In this document: in pieces, positions 1 through 12,349 of the stretch | Layout of the letters: every line of letters starts with the position of its first letter | Numbering within the stretch: position 1 is the first letter of the stretch | Position numbers and translations under genes: made by a program | Assembly (NCBI GenBank): GCA_964016885.1 | Contig: OZ024743.1 | Location: 246,140,001 to 246,204,000 of the forward strand | DNA: 64,000 nt | Reading direction: 5' to 3' | Origin: Eledone cirrhosa | Taxonomy: Eukaryota | Notes under the pieces: model-generated | Seen by the model: the letters and a program-made list of their open reading frames with translations, nothing else | Told to the model about the DNA's origin: nothing | Databases searched by the model: none

Positions 1-3
1 TAA

Positions 4-114
4 TAGGAGAAAGTATGACCACGACGGCAGAGCTCAAGCCGTTTCGACGGCTATTTCTGGACCAGTATTAGCCGTCGAAACGGCTTGAGCTCTGCCGTCG
101 GGATCATACTTTTT

Positions 115-118
<4 letters not shown>
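4..118. repeat. Fold-back palindrome carrying the 3' half of a hammerhead (stem II-GAAA-stem III-GUC)
   Basis: Arms taggagaaagtatga...gtttcgacggcta and tagccgtcgaaac...tcatactttttccta. GAAA 77-80, stem III cggc/gccg, GUC 97-99. Near-identical copy at 42620-42735. Confidence 0.85.
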
Positions 119-155
<37 letters not shown>

Positions 156-429
156 GGAATAGAATGAAACGAAATTTCATTTCTCACTCTTAGTACGGCA
201 CTTACTTAAATGTAAGTATGTATGTATACGTACATACATATATGTATACAGACGTACAGTAGTATGTATATATATACATACATGCACACATATATATATG
301 CACGTATTGGTTTACCGAACATTTATTATAATGCTCGGTTTGTTTGTTTGTAAACAAACAAACAGCCTGAATTACGCCGTACAGTGTTTAGGCAACCACG
401 TCACCTTTTTGTTCAACACTGACACAGGA

Positions 430-472
430 ACGATGTACTAGTTTCAAGCTTATTAGCTATCGTCAGCATCGT
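430..472 (-). ncRNA. Type I hammerhead ribozyme
   Basis: Reverse complement reads ACGAUG CUGACGA UAGCU AAUA AGCUU GAAA CUAG UA CAUCGU: stem I, conserved core, stem II, palindromic stem III, GUA site. Confidence 0.85.
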
Positions 473-673
473 ATACCTTCCTGCCAGATGGTTGAACGTC
501 TGAAAGTATATACTTTCCTTATGCATATTAACGGCTGAGCAGCCTAATTTGCATATCGAGTGAGTTCAGTCGGCCGGGCACACCGAAAACGATAAATGGA
601 ATAGAATGAAACGAAATTTCATTTCTCACTCTTAGTACGGCATTTATCGTTTTCGGTGTGCCCGGCCGACTGA

Positions 674-733
674 ACTCACTCGGTATGCAAATTAGGCTGC
701 TCAGCCGTTAATATGCATAAGAAAAGTATATAC
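674..733 (+). promoter_or_regulatory. Candidate U6/H1-like (type 3 Pol III) promoter block: octamer, PSE-like, TATA
   Basis: ATGCAAAT at 685-692 and TATATA at 727-732. A homologous block with nearly the same spacing lies at 25148-25206 upstream of a different HHR. Confidence 0.4.
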
Positions 734-766
734 TTTCAGACGTTCAACCATCTGGCAGGAAGGTAT

Positions 767-809
767 ACGATGCTGACGATAGCTAATAAGCTTGAAACTA
801 ATACATCGT
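767..809 (+). ncRNA. Type I hammerhead ribozyme (inverted copy, one stem III substitution)
   Basis: acgatg ctgacga tagct aata agctt gaaa ctaa ta catcgt. Confidence 0.75.
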
Positions 810-1018
810 TCCTGTGTCAGTGCTGAACAAAAAGGTGACGTGGTTGCCTAAACACTGTACAGCGTAATTTGGGCTGTTTGTTTTATTACAAACAAACAAA
901 CCGAGCATTATAATAAATGTTCGGTAAACCGATACGTGCATATATATATGTGTGCATGTATGTATATATATACATACTACTGTACGTTTGTATACATATA
1001 TGTATGTACGTATACATA

Positions 1019-1095
<77 letters not shown>

Positions 1096-1154
1096 CACCT
1101 TCACCACTAATTGATTTGACAGATGTCTTTAACCAAATATTATTTGGTCAATAG

Positions 1155-1257
1155 TTAAGGTTCACTTTGCCTTTCATCCTTACGGGATCGATAAAATAAA
1201 GTACCAGTAATGTACTGGATAATTGCTGGCCTTGTGCCTAAAGTAGAAACAATTATT
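1155..1257 (+). mobile_element. SINE family A, 3' fragment
   Basis: ctttgcctttcatccttacgggatcgataaaataaagtaccagt...gtagaaacaattatt, shared with about ten copies in the window. Confidence 0.8.
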
Positions 1258-1286
1258 TGGTTAATAGTGCGTGTGTAAGTATATAA

Positions 1287-1372
<86 letters not shown>

Positions 1373-1404
1373 TTGTATAAGTATATTAATGTATATATAT
1401 ATAT

Positions 1405-1748
1405 ATATGCTTGTGTGTCTGTGTCTAAATATGTATGTTTGCATGCATGAATGAATACACTATGCTTTAGATTTAGTAGAATATACAACCATTGCACTAT
1501 CGTATATTTTGGTTTCTAGTAATTCCCTGGGGAATTGGTTGACCAAATGCTTTGCTTAATTGTTTTATTTATTTTTTTAAAAATGCTATTTTTTCTCTTA
1601 GATTTCAGGTATTTTTTGAAAGCAAAGCATTGGCCCCTAAAATACTATAGTGGACCCTGCAATGCTACTGTGAGCTCTTGCAATGCTACCGTGTGCCCCC
1701 TGGGGCCCACTTGCCATTGGGCAACCTGGCAACTTGGCCAGTCCGCCA

Positions 1749-1751
<3 letters not shown>
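1405..1751 (-). mobile_element. Non-autonomous DNA-transposon-like repeat (terminus CAGTGGCGGA)
   Basis: Reverse complement matches 33844-34203 over about 350 bp. A similar terminus occurs at about 39717-39729. Confidence 0.6.
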
Positions 1752-1799
<48 letters not shown>

Positions 1800-1900
1800 G
1801 AGTATAGAAAATTATTGTGAGCAAGAAGCCAACAGTATTCCATAATATATAAGTGATTATAGCATCAAAATGGAAAAATAGTAACGTTGGATGTGGGGAA

Positions 1901-2639
1901 ATATCTTTCCATTGCAATACCATCGTTGTTTGTTTACATGTCTCGCTCGTTTCACGCTATTTTACTTGTCCCAATAACTCTATTGCTCGCGCCAACTAGA
2001 GGTATATGATTTTTAAAGCGATGAAATAGCAATGAAAGTTGGAAGATCACTGATGAAGGACTAATTTTATTCATATGTAACCCATGTGCAACCACGCAGC
2101 TCTCCATTTTTCGCATATTTATATTTTTTCCTCAGCTGCGATTGTCTGTTTCTTTCTTACTGCTTCCCCTCTCTCTGTATCTCTCATCTTCTTTTTACCC
2201 CTCTGCCAGTCACAGTCTCTCTCGGCTGGTCTCTTCCTCACACTTCCACTCACTCACTCTCTGCTTCACTCACTCTCTGCTTCTCCCCCTCTCTCACTTC
2301 CTCCCGTTTGACCTGTGTGAAATCCTTTTCTCGCTCACATCTCACCCATGTCGGATGGTCTGTATCTCTCGTCCATGAATTCACCAAGCTTAAGCTTACA
2401 GATATCATGTACTTGTTTCTTCCTATCTTTCCGTTGCAATACCATCTTTGTTTGTTTACATGTCTCGCTCGTTTCACCCTATTTTACTTGTCCCAATAAC
2501 TTTATTTAGTTATTGCTCGCGCCAACTAGAGGTATATGATTTTAAAGCGATGAAATACCAATGAAAGTTGGAAGATCACTGATGAAGGACTAATTTTATT
2601 CATATGTAACCCATGTGCAACCACGCAGCTCTCCATTTT

Positions 2640-2647
<8 letters not shown>
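1901..2647 (+). repeat. Unit with ~220-bp terminal direct repeats (period ~522), pyrimidine-rich middle, ending in (TA)n; pLTR-like
   Basis: 1901-2118 is repeated at 2423-2647. Confidence 0.75.
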
Positions 2648-2723
<76 letters not shown>

Positions 2724-2887
2724 GATAACAAATAATCGTTATAGGTAATCCAGTTAGAGTTTGGGAATACTCCGTATTGTGGATAGTTTTAGCGTACGAC
2801 GTTGTTTGACTCAACAAGAGGTTTCCTTAGGTAACGAGTTTGTGAGTTTTCGGGAATTCCTATGCAGGTTAATCTTGGAGTAATAAT

Positions 2888-3867
<980 letters not shown>

Positions 3868-3879
3868 ATACTTGGGGAG

Positions 3880-5921
3880 GGTCATATTGTTGTATAATAT
3901 TGCAAGAAATAATAACCGAACACACTCACTGTTTGGTTGGTTTTCGCTTCTGTATCTTTTATATCTCCACAGTTAATTCATCCGGTCCTCAATGTTTATC
4001 ATTGACTGACCAACGGTCAAAAATACAGATATAATATAGATATAAACGCATATATACAGTCTAATAAAGGTCTTTCGTTGCACATCTGCAACATCATCAG
4101 TGGTTCTATTATGTTCCTCCTGTTGTATTGTATGTCTACGCCATTTTTATTTTATCTGTTTATTTATTTATTTTTGTCTTCTTCTCTGCGCATGCGTTTG
4201 CGTGTGTGTATAGTGTTTGGTGTGTGTGTTTGTGTTTGTGTTTTGGTGACTGTGTTTTGGTTATTGTATTCTATCTTAGTTTACTAGTATGTGTTTATAT
4301 GTGTTTGTTGTTATTGTGCTTGCGTATATATTTATTTATTTATTTATTTATATTTCTCTTAAGTCAGTATTGTTTGTTTGGGTGTTGTTGTTATTCCATT
4401 CATTCTTTCTGTTTAGCTTTGGCCTTCTAAGCTATATTTCACTTGCCTCTCTGATTTGCCTATCTGCTGGGTCATTTCTATGTTTAGATATTATTTTAAT
4501 TTCTATGTTGTCTATGTTACCGCCATGTTGTTGTCTGGCGTGTTCGTATAGTATTGAACCGTTTTTTTTTTTTGTCCTTTACCCCCCCCCCCCCTCCCAG
4601 TGTTGGTCTATCCTTTCACCTATGCTACGAGCTGTCTCGCCTATGTATGTTGTTGTCATGTTTCTGCAAGTACCCTCTGTACATCTTATGCTATAGACTA
4701 CATTTCTAGTGTTACAGTTTATCTGGGGGTTTACTTTACATATAACACATTTCCTATTAGTATAGTGGGTTTTCTTAAAAGGGTATGTTTTGCTGATCAG
4801 GGGTTTATGGTAGTTCCTGGCTTTTCTACCTCTTTAATCTTTAAGTGGGTCTTTCTCAGGGCCTTTCTACACTGGTTAGCTAATTTCCCTCCAGGAGTAG
4901 CATCCACGAACATGACACTCTGGTATCTCTGGTTGTCGTACCACGAGGTGGCTTTCCTTATCTTATGTTTAGTCCTATCTAAGCTATTCCATGATTTGCT
5001 CCTGTATAATGGGCAAATTCCTTTCATGTCCAGTTCTACGAGCGTCTTACACTTCTCCGTGGCTCCTTTGTATACTCTGATTCTATCTCTTTGGTTGTAG
5101 CCAGAGAACTGCATGCGGTTGATGAAGTGTTGGATGTGTCTTTCCATTTCTGTTGGGTCGCACATGCGGGACACGTTCTTCATCACTCGTACCAAGTCTG
5201 CGATCAGAATATTAAACTACTGGACATTGCTGAATTTTTTAGTATCAGGTATTTGGAGGCCATGGGTTTAGCGTAGTGTGAGTGGAGAATTTGGACCCTC
5301 TCGTCTATAGCGTTAATCCAGTGTTCCGTGTCTAATACAGGTAGTCTATTGTTAGGGTGTTTGGAAGGGTAGTCGATAGTTACAGTTATACTCTGGTGTA
5401 TGGAGTTAGCTATCTGCTGGATGCTTTCCATTGTGTTATTTTCTAAATCATATTTGTTAGTACTCTCTTGTGGGGATGTCTACGTAACGAGAGTACATGA
5501 TGAGGTCTATGGAGCTCTCATCAAGGAGATCTTTGAGTCTCCTTTCCCACCATACCATACCATAAAAAGGTTGGCAACGTCACCAGCTATGCTGACGCCA
5601 AAGGCTGCTCCCTCATTTTGGGTGTAGATCTTTTCGTTGAATTTGAATATATGGCCCTTTAGGGTAGTTTTAATACTAGCCCCTATTGCATGCGTGACCA
5701 TTTTTCTTACCTGATCATTGTTTTGGGGGGTCCGTATGGCTTTGGTCCCCCCCCCCAATTCACCTTCCCATGGGAGTTTTTTTTGTCATTGAGGTTATGG
5801 TGGGGTGTCTACCTCTTTTGGGTCTATTGGGGCAGAAATGGCTAAGGTCATGGCTGTCTAGGTACTCGGTGTCATAGGTTAGTCTAAGTAGGAGGCCCAG
5901 TTCATCTGTGTCGACGTCGCA
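3880..5921 (-). pseudogene. Degenerate Penelope-like retroelement (RT C-terminal half plus GIY-YIG endonuclease), possibly Nematis-type
   Basis: Broken minus-strand frames: IFKFNEKIYTQNEGAAFG, ITVTIDYPSKHPNNRLPVLD, HSHYAKPMAS, MFVDATPGGKLA, and NVVYSIRC...TYIGETARS (GIY-YIG). Frameshifts and deletions present. Confidence 0.85.
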
Positions 5922-5923
5922 GT

Positions 5924-6333
5924 TTTTCGAATATTAATAATAATATTCGATTCGTTTACAATTATGCAAACAAGCCTCTTTTTTAAAGCCATGTCAGTAG
6001 AATGAGCCCCTCATTCTTGCTCTTGTGTTGGCATATAAACAGAACTGCAGACACTAGTGTTTCTGGGTATTATCCTTCATCAGTGCAGTTCACTGTTCAT
6101 CTGCCAACTGTCAGAACTAGTGAAAATATATATTTTCTAAAATATACAGTGACTGGCAGACGAACAGTGAACTGCACTGATGAAGGGTAATACCCAGAAA
6201 CACTAGTGTCTGCAGTTCTGTTTACATGGCAACACAAGAGCAAGAATGAGGGGCTCATTTTACAGACATGGCTTTAAAAAAAAGGCTGATTGCATAATTG
6301 CAAACGAATCGAATATTATTAATATTCGAAAAG
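5924..6333. repeat. ~190-bp-arm palindrome containing two oppositely oriented hammerheads
   Basis: 5924-6112 is the reverse complement of about 6150-6333. A fragment of the same family lies at 42750-42857. Confidence 0.9.
6169..6218 (+). ncRNA. Type I hammerhead ribozyme (mirror copy on minus strand at 6042-6091)
   Basis: gaactgca ctgatga a gggt aat accc a gaaa cactagtg tc tgcagttc: 8-bp stem I, palindromic stem III, GUC site. Confidence 0.9.
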
Positions 6334-6345
6334 CTCAGATTACAC

Positions 6346-7515
6346 TACAACGCTATTAGCTGTCAGTCGAAGCAGCCGATGAAAGCAAAACATCGTTTAT
6401 TTTCGTATTACTACCACGCGTAAGTGGAGTTACTTAAATGAAAATTTTTTTTTTTCACGCGTTTTAAAAAAAAAAAATTTTTTTATTAAAGCATATAGAT
6501 GTAAGTGGAGTTACTTAAATGAAATTATTTTATTTTATTTTTATTAAAGCATATCGATGTAAGTGGAGTTACTTAAATGAAAATATAGGTGGCCCTTAAA
6601 AGGGCCAAATTAGAAAACAAATTTAAGTTAATTAGAAAACAAGTCATGGTTATCAAATAAATTGGATTTAATCATTTATATTTTCATAGTCATGGTTATC
6701 AATGTAGAAAACAAGTCATTTTCACCAACAGTGGAATTACTTCTGACAGCTAATACCATGAACTATATTTTCATAGTCATGGTTATTAATGTAGAAAACA
6801 AGTCATTTTCACCAACAGTGGAGTTAACTTAAATGAAAATATAGGTGGCCCTTAAAGGGCCAAATTAGAAAACAAATTTATGGTTATCAAATTTTTTTCA
6901 CCAACCCTTTATGAAGAAATGTTTAGAAAACAAATTTTTTTCACCAACCTTATTCAAAAGCATGGATACAGTCCACATGGAGACAAGAGACAGTCCCCAT
7001 GGAGATTTATGGTATCTGTAGTAGCGGTAGCGATGGAAAGATCGCGATGGTTAATTCCATTAACAATTTGGCCCTTTTAAGGGCCACCTATATTTTCATT
7101 TAAGTTAACTCCACTGTTGGTGAAAATGCCTTGTTTTCTACATTGATAACCATGACTATGAAAATATAAATGATTAAATCCAATTTATTTGATAACCATG
7201 ACTTGTTTTCTAATTAACTTAAAATTGTTTTCTAATTTGGCCCTTTTAAGGGCCACCTATATTTTCATTTAAGTAACACCACTTACATCTATATGCTTTA
7301 ATAAAAAAAAAATAATAATTTCATTTAAGTAACTCCACTTACATCTATATGTTTTAATAAAAAATAAAAAAATAAAAAACGCGTGAAAAAAAAAATGTCA
7401 TTTAAGTAACTCCACTTACGCGTGGTAGTAATACGGAAATAAACGATGTTTGACGAATGACGTCACCTTCGCCTGCTTTCACCGGCTGCTTCGACTGACA
7501 GCTAATAGCGTTGTA
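6346..7515. mobile_element. Foldback/MITE-like element with long modular inverted arms
   Basis: Termini tacaacgctattagctgtcagtcg and cgactgacagctaatagcgttgta. Reiterated gtaagtggagttacttaaatgaaa and ggcccttaaaagggcc modules occur in both arms. Confidence 0.75.
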
Positions 7516-7851
7516 TTGCCCATTTATTGTATTCAGCCATGTAGAGCGATAATTTTTTATACATATATATATATATATATATGTACATCCACACATATAC
7601 ACACACAACACTTATGTGTGTGAATGGGGTGTAAATAAGACCGTTCTTGCCCTAATCTGTAAACAAAACACACGAGAGCCAACCTTGAACTAAAGCCAGC
7701 TATAAAATAAACACCTATACTCCATCTCAGACACACGCACACACACACTCGCACACACATACACACACATACGCACACACATATATTTATATATATATAA
7801 TACATATATATATTTTATACATTGAATATATATACATATATATATATAATG

Positions 7852-7969
<118 letters not shown>

Positions 7970-8103
7970 ATATATATATATTATACATAATATATATATA
8001 TATATATCAAGGGCGGTGCCCCAGCATGGCCTCAGCCGGATGGCTGAAACAGGTAAAAGAGTAAAAGAGTATATACATATAAATATATATATATATATAT
8101 ATA

Positions 8104-9330
8104 ATAAAACATGTCTATAGAATCACTAGATAAAATATATACTATTTCCTCTCCCAATTAGCATAATTAACTATATAAAAAATCGAATAGACCAGGCTAT
8201 ACGAATGAGGCTTCTATGAAGGAATCTCCGACAAATACCGAAACTAGCCCTTCGCGTCGGCCGTAGCGGAATATTTATCGAATATTTCGACAGCGTAATC
8301 GTCTAGATATAGTCAACTAAACAGAATTAGGTTTAAAATAAACTAGGAGAAAATAGAATACATTTAAATACCTCTACCATGGTTTCGTCCGTGTTTTGAG
8401 TTTTCCAATAATTATGTAATAATTATATAAACTCGAGCGCCGGATTCTTCAGGAAGCTCGCTCATATCTAGACATTAAATTTTCCAAAGCGATCGCGCCA
8501 AGAATTCATTTCAAAATGGCTAAAAATCGTGAAGGTAGTCGCGGTCAAGTTGGAAGGGGTGTGGTAGTTGCTTACGACTGGTGGCATTTTTGCTAGTAAG
8601 CACCGCACAATACAGCCAAATTTGTATCTCAACCTAGTGGGAGATTATTACATATAAAAGTTTACATATATATATATACATACACATACATATACGTGTT
8701 TTGCAACTGGTCACTTTGTGGCCCAATGAAAAATTAATAAATTAAACAATCAGAGCTATATATCATAAAACATGTCTATAGAATCACTAGATAAAATATA
8801 TAATATTTCCTCTCCCAATTAGCATAATTAACTATATAAAAAATCGAATAGACCAGGCTATACGAATGAGGCTTCTATGAAGGAATCTCCGATAAATACC
8901 GAAACTAGCCCTTCGCGTCGGCCGTAGCGGAATATTTATCGAATATTTCGACAGCGTAATCGCCTAGATATAGTCAACTAAACAGAATTAGGTTTAAAAT
9001 AAACTAGGAGAAAATAGAATACATTTAAATACCTCTACCATGGTTTCGTCTGTGTTTTGAGTTTTCCAATAATTATGTAATAATTATATAAACTCGAGCG
9101 CCGGATTCTTCAGGAAGCTCGCTCATATCTAGACATTAAATTTTCCAAAGCGATCGCGCCAAGAATTCATTTCAAAATGGCTAAAAATCGTGACGTAGTT
9201 GCGGTCAAGTTGGAAGGGGTGTGGTAGTTGCTTACGACTGGTGGCATTTTTGCTAGAAAGCACAGCACAATACAGCCAAATTTGTATCTCAACCTAGTGG
9301 GAGATTATTACATATAAAAGTTTACATATA
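8104..9330 (-). repeat. Two near-identical ~570-bp direct repeats (period 661), each with a hammerhead
   Basis: 8104-8670 is repeated at 8765-9330 and the pair is flanked by (TA)n. Confidence 0.9.
8370..8457 (-). ncRNA. Type I hammerhead with long stem II (second copy 9031-9118)
   Basis: Reverse complement: GCUUC CUGAAGA AUCCG...CGGAC GAAA CCAUGG UA GAGGU. Confidence 0.7.
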
Positions 9331-9334
9331 TATA

Positions 9335-9864
9335 AATTTTTTAAAATTTATTTTGAAACTTTTTCATTATTTGCTAAACCTTGTTTATATTTGTTCTGGC
9401 TCGTTAATTTATTAACCCGCCATTGAACCACACTGGCATTTGGTTGGACAATACATGCGTACCTTGGCGCCTTGTGCGTGAAGGAACGTATATCCTATTA
9501 CTACTACCTCCACTAATGTTGAGAACAAATTTGGTCGTTCTGACTGCTGCTAGCAATAGCTGTGGCTAGTTTGACCTACCTCCTTCTGCCTCTATCTTTG
9601 CGTCGGCCTTTGATAAACCTGTTTCTACATCATCCACTCTCATCCCAGGAACAGTTTTGATAGCGCTAGTCTGTGATTTAAATTCAGGAATTTTATATTC
9701 TTTGAATGAAAAGAACCTTCTGACGAGAATCTTTCTTTGCAACGAAGGCCGTATGGTCTCCGTTTTATTTTTGGGATTCGAAACCGATCGGTAAAGGTAA
9801 CTATAGTAGGTAAAGTCAATTTTTTAAAATTTATTTTGAAACTTTTTCATTATTTGCTAAACCT

Positions 9865-9867
<3 letters not shown>
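9335..9867 (+). mobile_element. ~483-bp non-coding HHR unit with ~50-bp terminal redundancy (retrozyme or solo pLTR)
   Basis: ttattttgaaactttttcattatttgctaaaccttgt occurs at both ends. Flanked by TA runs. Confidence 0.7.
9715..9798 (+). ncRNA. Type I hammerhead ribozyme
   Basis: acctt ctgacga gaatctt...gggattc gaaa ccgatcgg ta aaggt. Confidence 0.85.
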
Positions 9868-9925
<58 letters not shown>

Positions 9926-9930
9926 CAAAG

Positions 9931-10001
<71 letters not shown>

Positions 10002-10189
10002 AAGAGAGCGAGAGAGAGTGATATATATATATATATATCACTCTCTCTCTTGCCAGTCCCACATGTATTGATAGACTCGCTATTGACTGAGCGTAAACAT
10101 ACAAAACCTCTCAAATATATTTCTATTACCACAAGCCTACAATGCAAGGTGTTACACAATGCTATTACCTACCCCGGACTACACCCGTA

Positions 10190-11206
10190 CTACACCCGTA
10201 CACATCCAAATACACACACCCGTACACACCCAAATACACACCCAAATCTCATACCCAAATACACGCCCAAATACACACCCAAATACATACCCAAATACAC
10301 ACCCGTACATACCCAAATACACACCCAAATACACACACCCGTACACACCCAAATACACACCCGTATACACCCAAATACACACCCAAATACATACCCAAAT
10401 ACACACCCAAATACACCAAAATACACACCCAAATACATACCCAAATACACACCCGTACACACCCAACTACACACCCAAATACACACACCCGTACACACCC
10501 AACTACACACCCAAATACATACCCAAATACACACACCCGTACACACCCAAATACACGCCCAAATACACGCCCAAATACACACCCAAATACACACCCAAAT
10601 ACACACCCAAATACATACCCAAATACACACCCAAATACACAACAAAATACACACCCAAATACACGCCCAAATACAGACCCAAATACATACCCAAATACAC
10701 ACCCAAATACACACCCAAATTTCATACCCAAATACACGCCCAAATACACACCCAAATACACACCCAAATACACACCCAAATACACACCCAAATACACACC
10801 CAAATACATACCCAAATACACACTCGTACACACCCAAATACACACCCAAATACATACCCAAATACACACCCAAATACACACCCAAATTTCATACCCAAAT
10901 ACACACCCAAATACATACCCAAATACACACTCGTACACACCCAAATACACACCCAAATACATACCCAAATACACACCCAAATACACACCCAAATACACAC
11001 CCAAATACACGCCCAAATACACACCCAAATACACACCCAAATACACACCCAAATACACACCCAAATACACGCCCAAATACACACCCAAATACACACCCAA
11101 ATACACGCCCAAATACACACCCAAATACATACCCAAATACACACCCAAATACACACCCAAATACACACCCAAATACACACCCAAATACACACCCAAATAC
11201 ACACAC
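10190..11206. repeat. 12-bp minisatellite (ACACCCAAATAC)n
   Basis: Direct reading. It explains the stop-free ORFs in several frames. Confidence 0.97.
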
Positions 11207-11344
11207 AAACATATACAAACTGTTTTGGTTTACCATTAACAGACATTTTTACTATTAAAGAATAAAAGAAATCGTTACCAACAACATCATCGTCATGATC
11301 ATCATAGTTATCATCACCATCATTGTACATCAGCTAGCTTGGAC

Positions 11345-12335
11345 TAAACAATCGCCCTACATCTCTTTGACAGACACTTACCATAGATTTTACCGGGGAG
11401 GCTTAACAAGGAGATCCCTCTATAATTGGAGCAAGCTCCAGTCTCCTTTTTTGAAAATTGGGATTATCACCCCCGATTGCCATTGTTTATGTGCCCTTCC
11501 AGAGATCCAGGCCATCCGGCACACATGAGTCAGCCAGAAAACACCTTCTGTATTTAAGGCTTTTAACATCTCGGACCGAATTTCTTCTTCCCCCAGCGGT
11601 CTTTCCATATTTGAGTTCTTTAATTGCTCTTTTGACCCCAGTCTCCGAGAGATTAGTCACAGTTTCCAATGCACCTCGTGTCCATCAGAAGTTGCGGTTG
11701 TGAGCGTGTTTAAGAGATCAGCAAAGTATTCTCTCTACCTTGCGAGGATGCACCTCTCTGAAGAGAGGAGAACCCCAGACGCATTCCTGATAGTAGGTGC
11801 TGAGGAGGACTTTTTATTAAGAAGTCAGAACACTTTATTTGCTGATCTGAAATCGGATTCCAGCTTAAGCCCAAAGTCCTCTCATGTCTTAACTTTGAAC
11901 ACCTTTACTATCTTTGCTGTGACTTTTCGCGCTAACTTCTACCGCAAGTACATGAAGGAGGATTTATTTCCAAGCCAAACTTTGCAGGCCTCCTTCTTTG
12001 CTCGGATGACATCTTTGACCTCTCGACTGAACCAAGGTTTCCTCCTGCTACCCGGTGAAACACCAAGCCACTTTCACCTACATCATTTAACAGCTGAAGC
12101 AAAAATTGCCGTACTGAACAGTCATTAGTTTGTTCAGAGAGTTGTCCGAATTTGGATGTAATAGTATCCGCATATCTGGTCCTAACTTCCTTATCCACTT
12201 CATCCTGTAGATCACCCTTGGACCTGGCAGTTTTGTGGGCTTCCTTGACTTTAGGTAGTCTCAAGTTGCAGATAACTTGATGGTGATCAGATGACAGCTC
12301 TACCCCTCCTTCACAAGAACTAACACGAATATAAC
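11345..12335 (-). pseudogene. RTE-clade LINE fragment (end of AP endonuclease to start of RT), frameshifted
   Basis: LSSDHHQVICNL, AIKELKYGKTAG, EIRSEMLKALNTEGVFWLTHVCRMAWISG...WQSGVIIPIFKKGD. Confidence 0.85.
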
Positions 12336-12349
12336 TATATATATATATA

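Larger units (their letters stand above)
151..1021. mobile_element. Non-coding HHR-bearing element with large inverted duplication (A-B'-A-B), flanked by (TA)n
   Basis: About 214-598 is the reverse complement of about 641-1021. 151-200 is repeated directly at 593-642. The same end sequence recurs at about 30884-31030. Confidence 0.85.

Noticed and set aside
4060-4110. Minus-strand ctgatga-tgttgca/tgcaac-gaaa motif at the PLE 3' end
   Set aside because: Core and stem II are present but I could not form convincing stems I and III, so it is not listed as an HHR. Likely a decayed one.
9864-11330. Long ORFs of up to 464 aa in several frames
   Set aside because: They are translations of a stop-free 12-bp minisatellite plus (TA)n and (GA)n.
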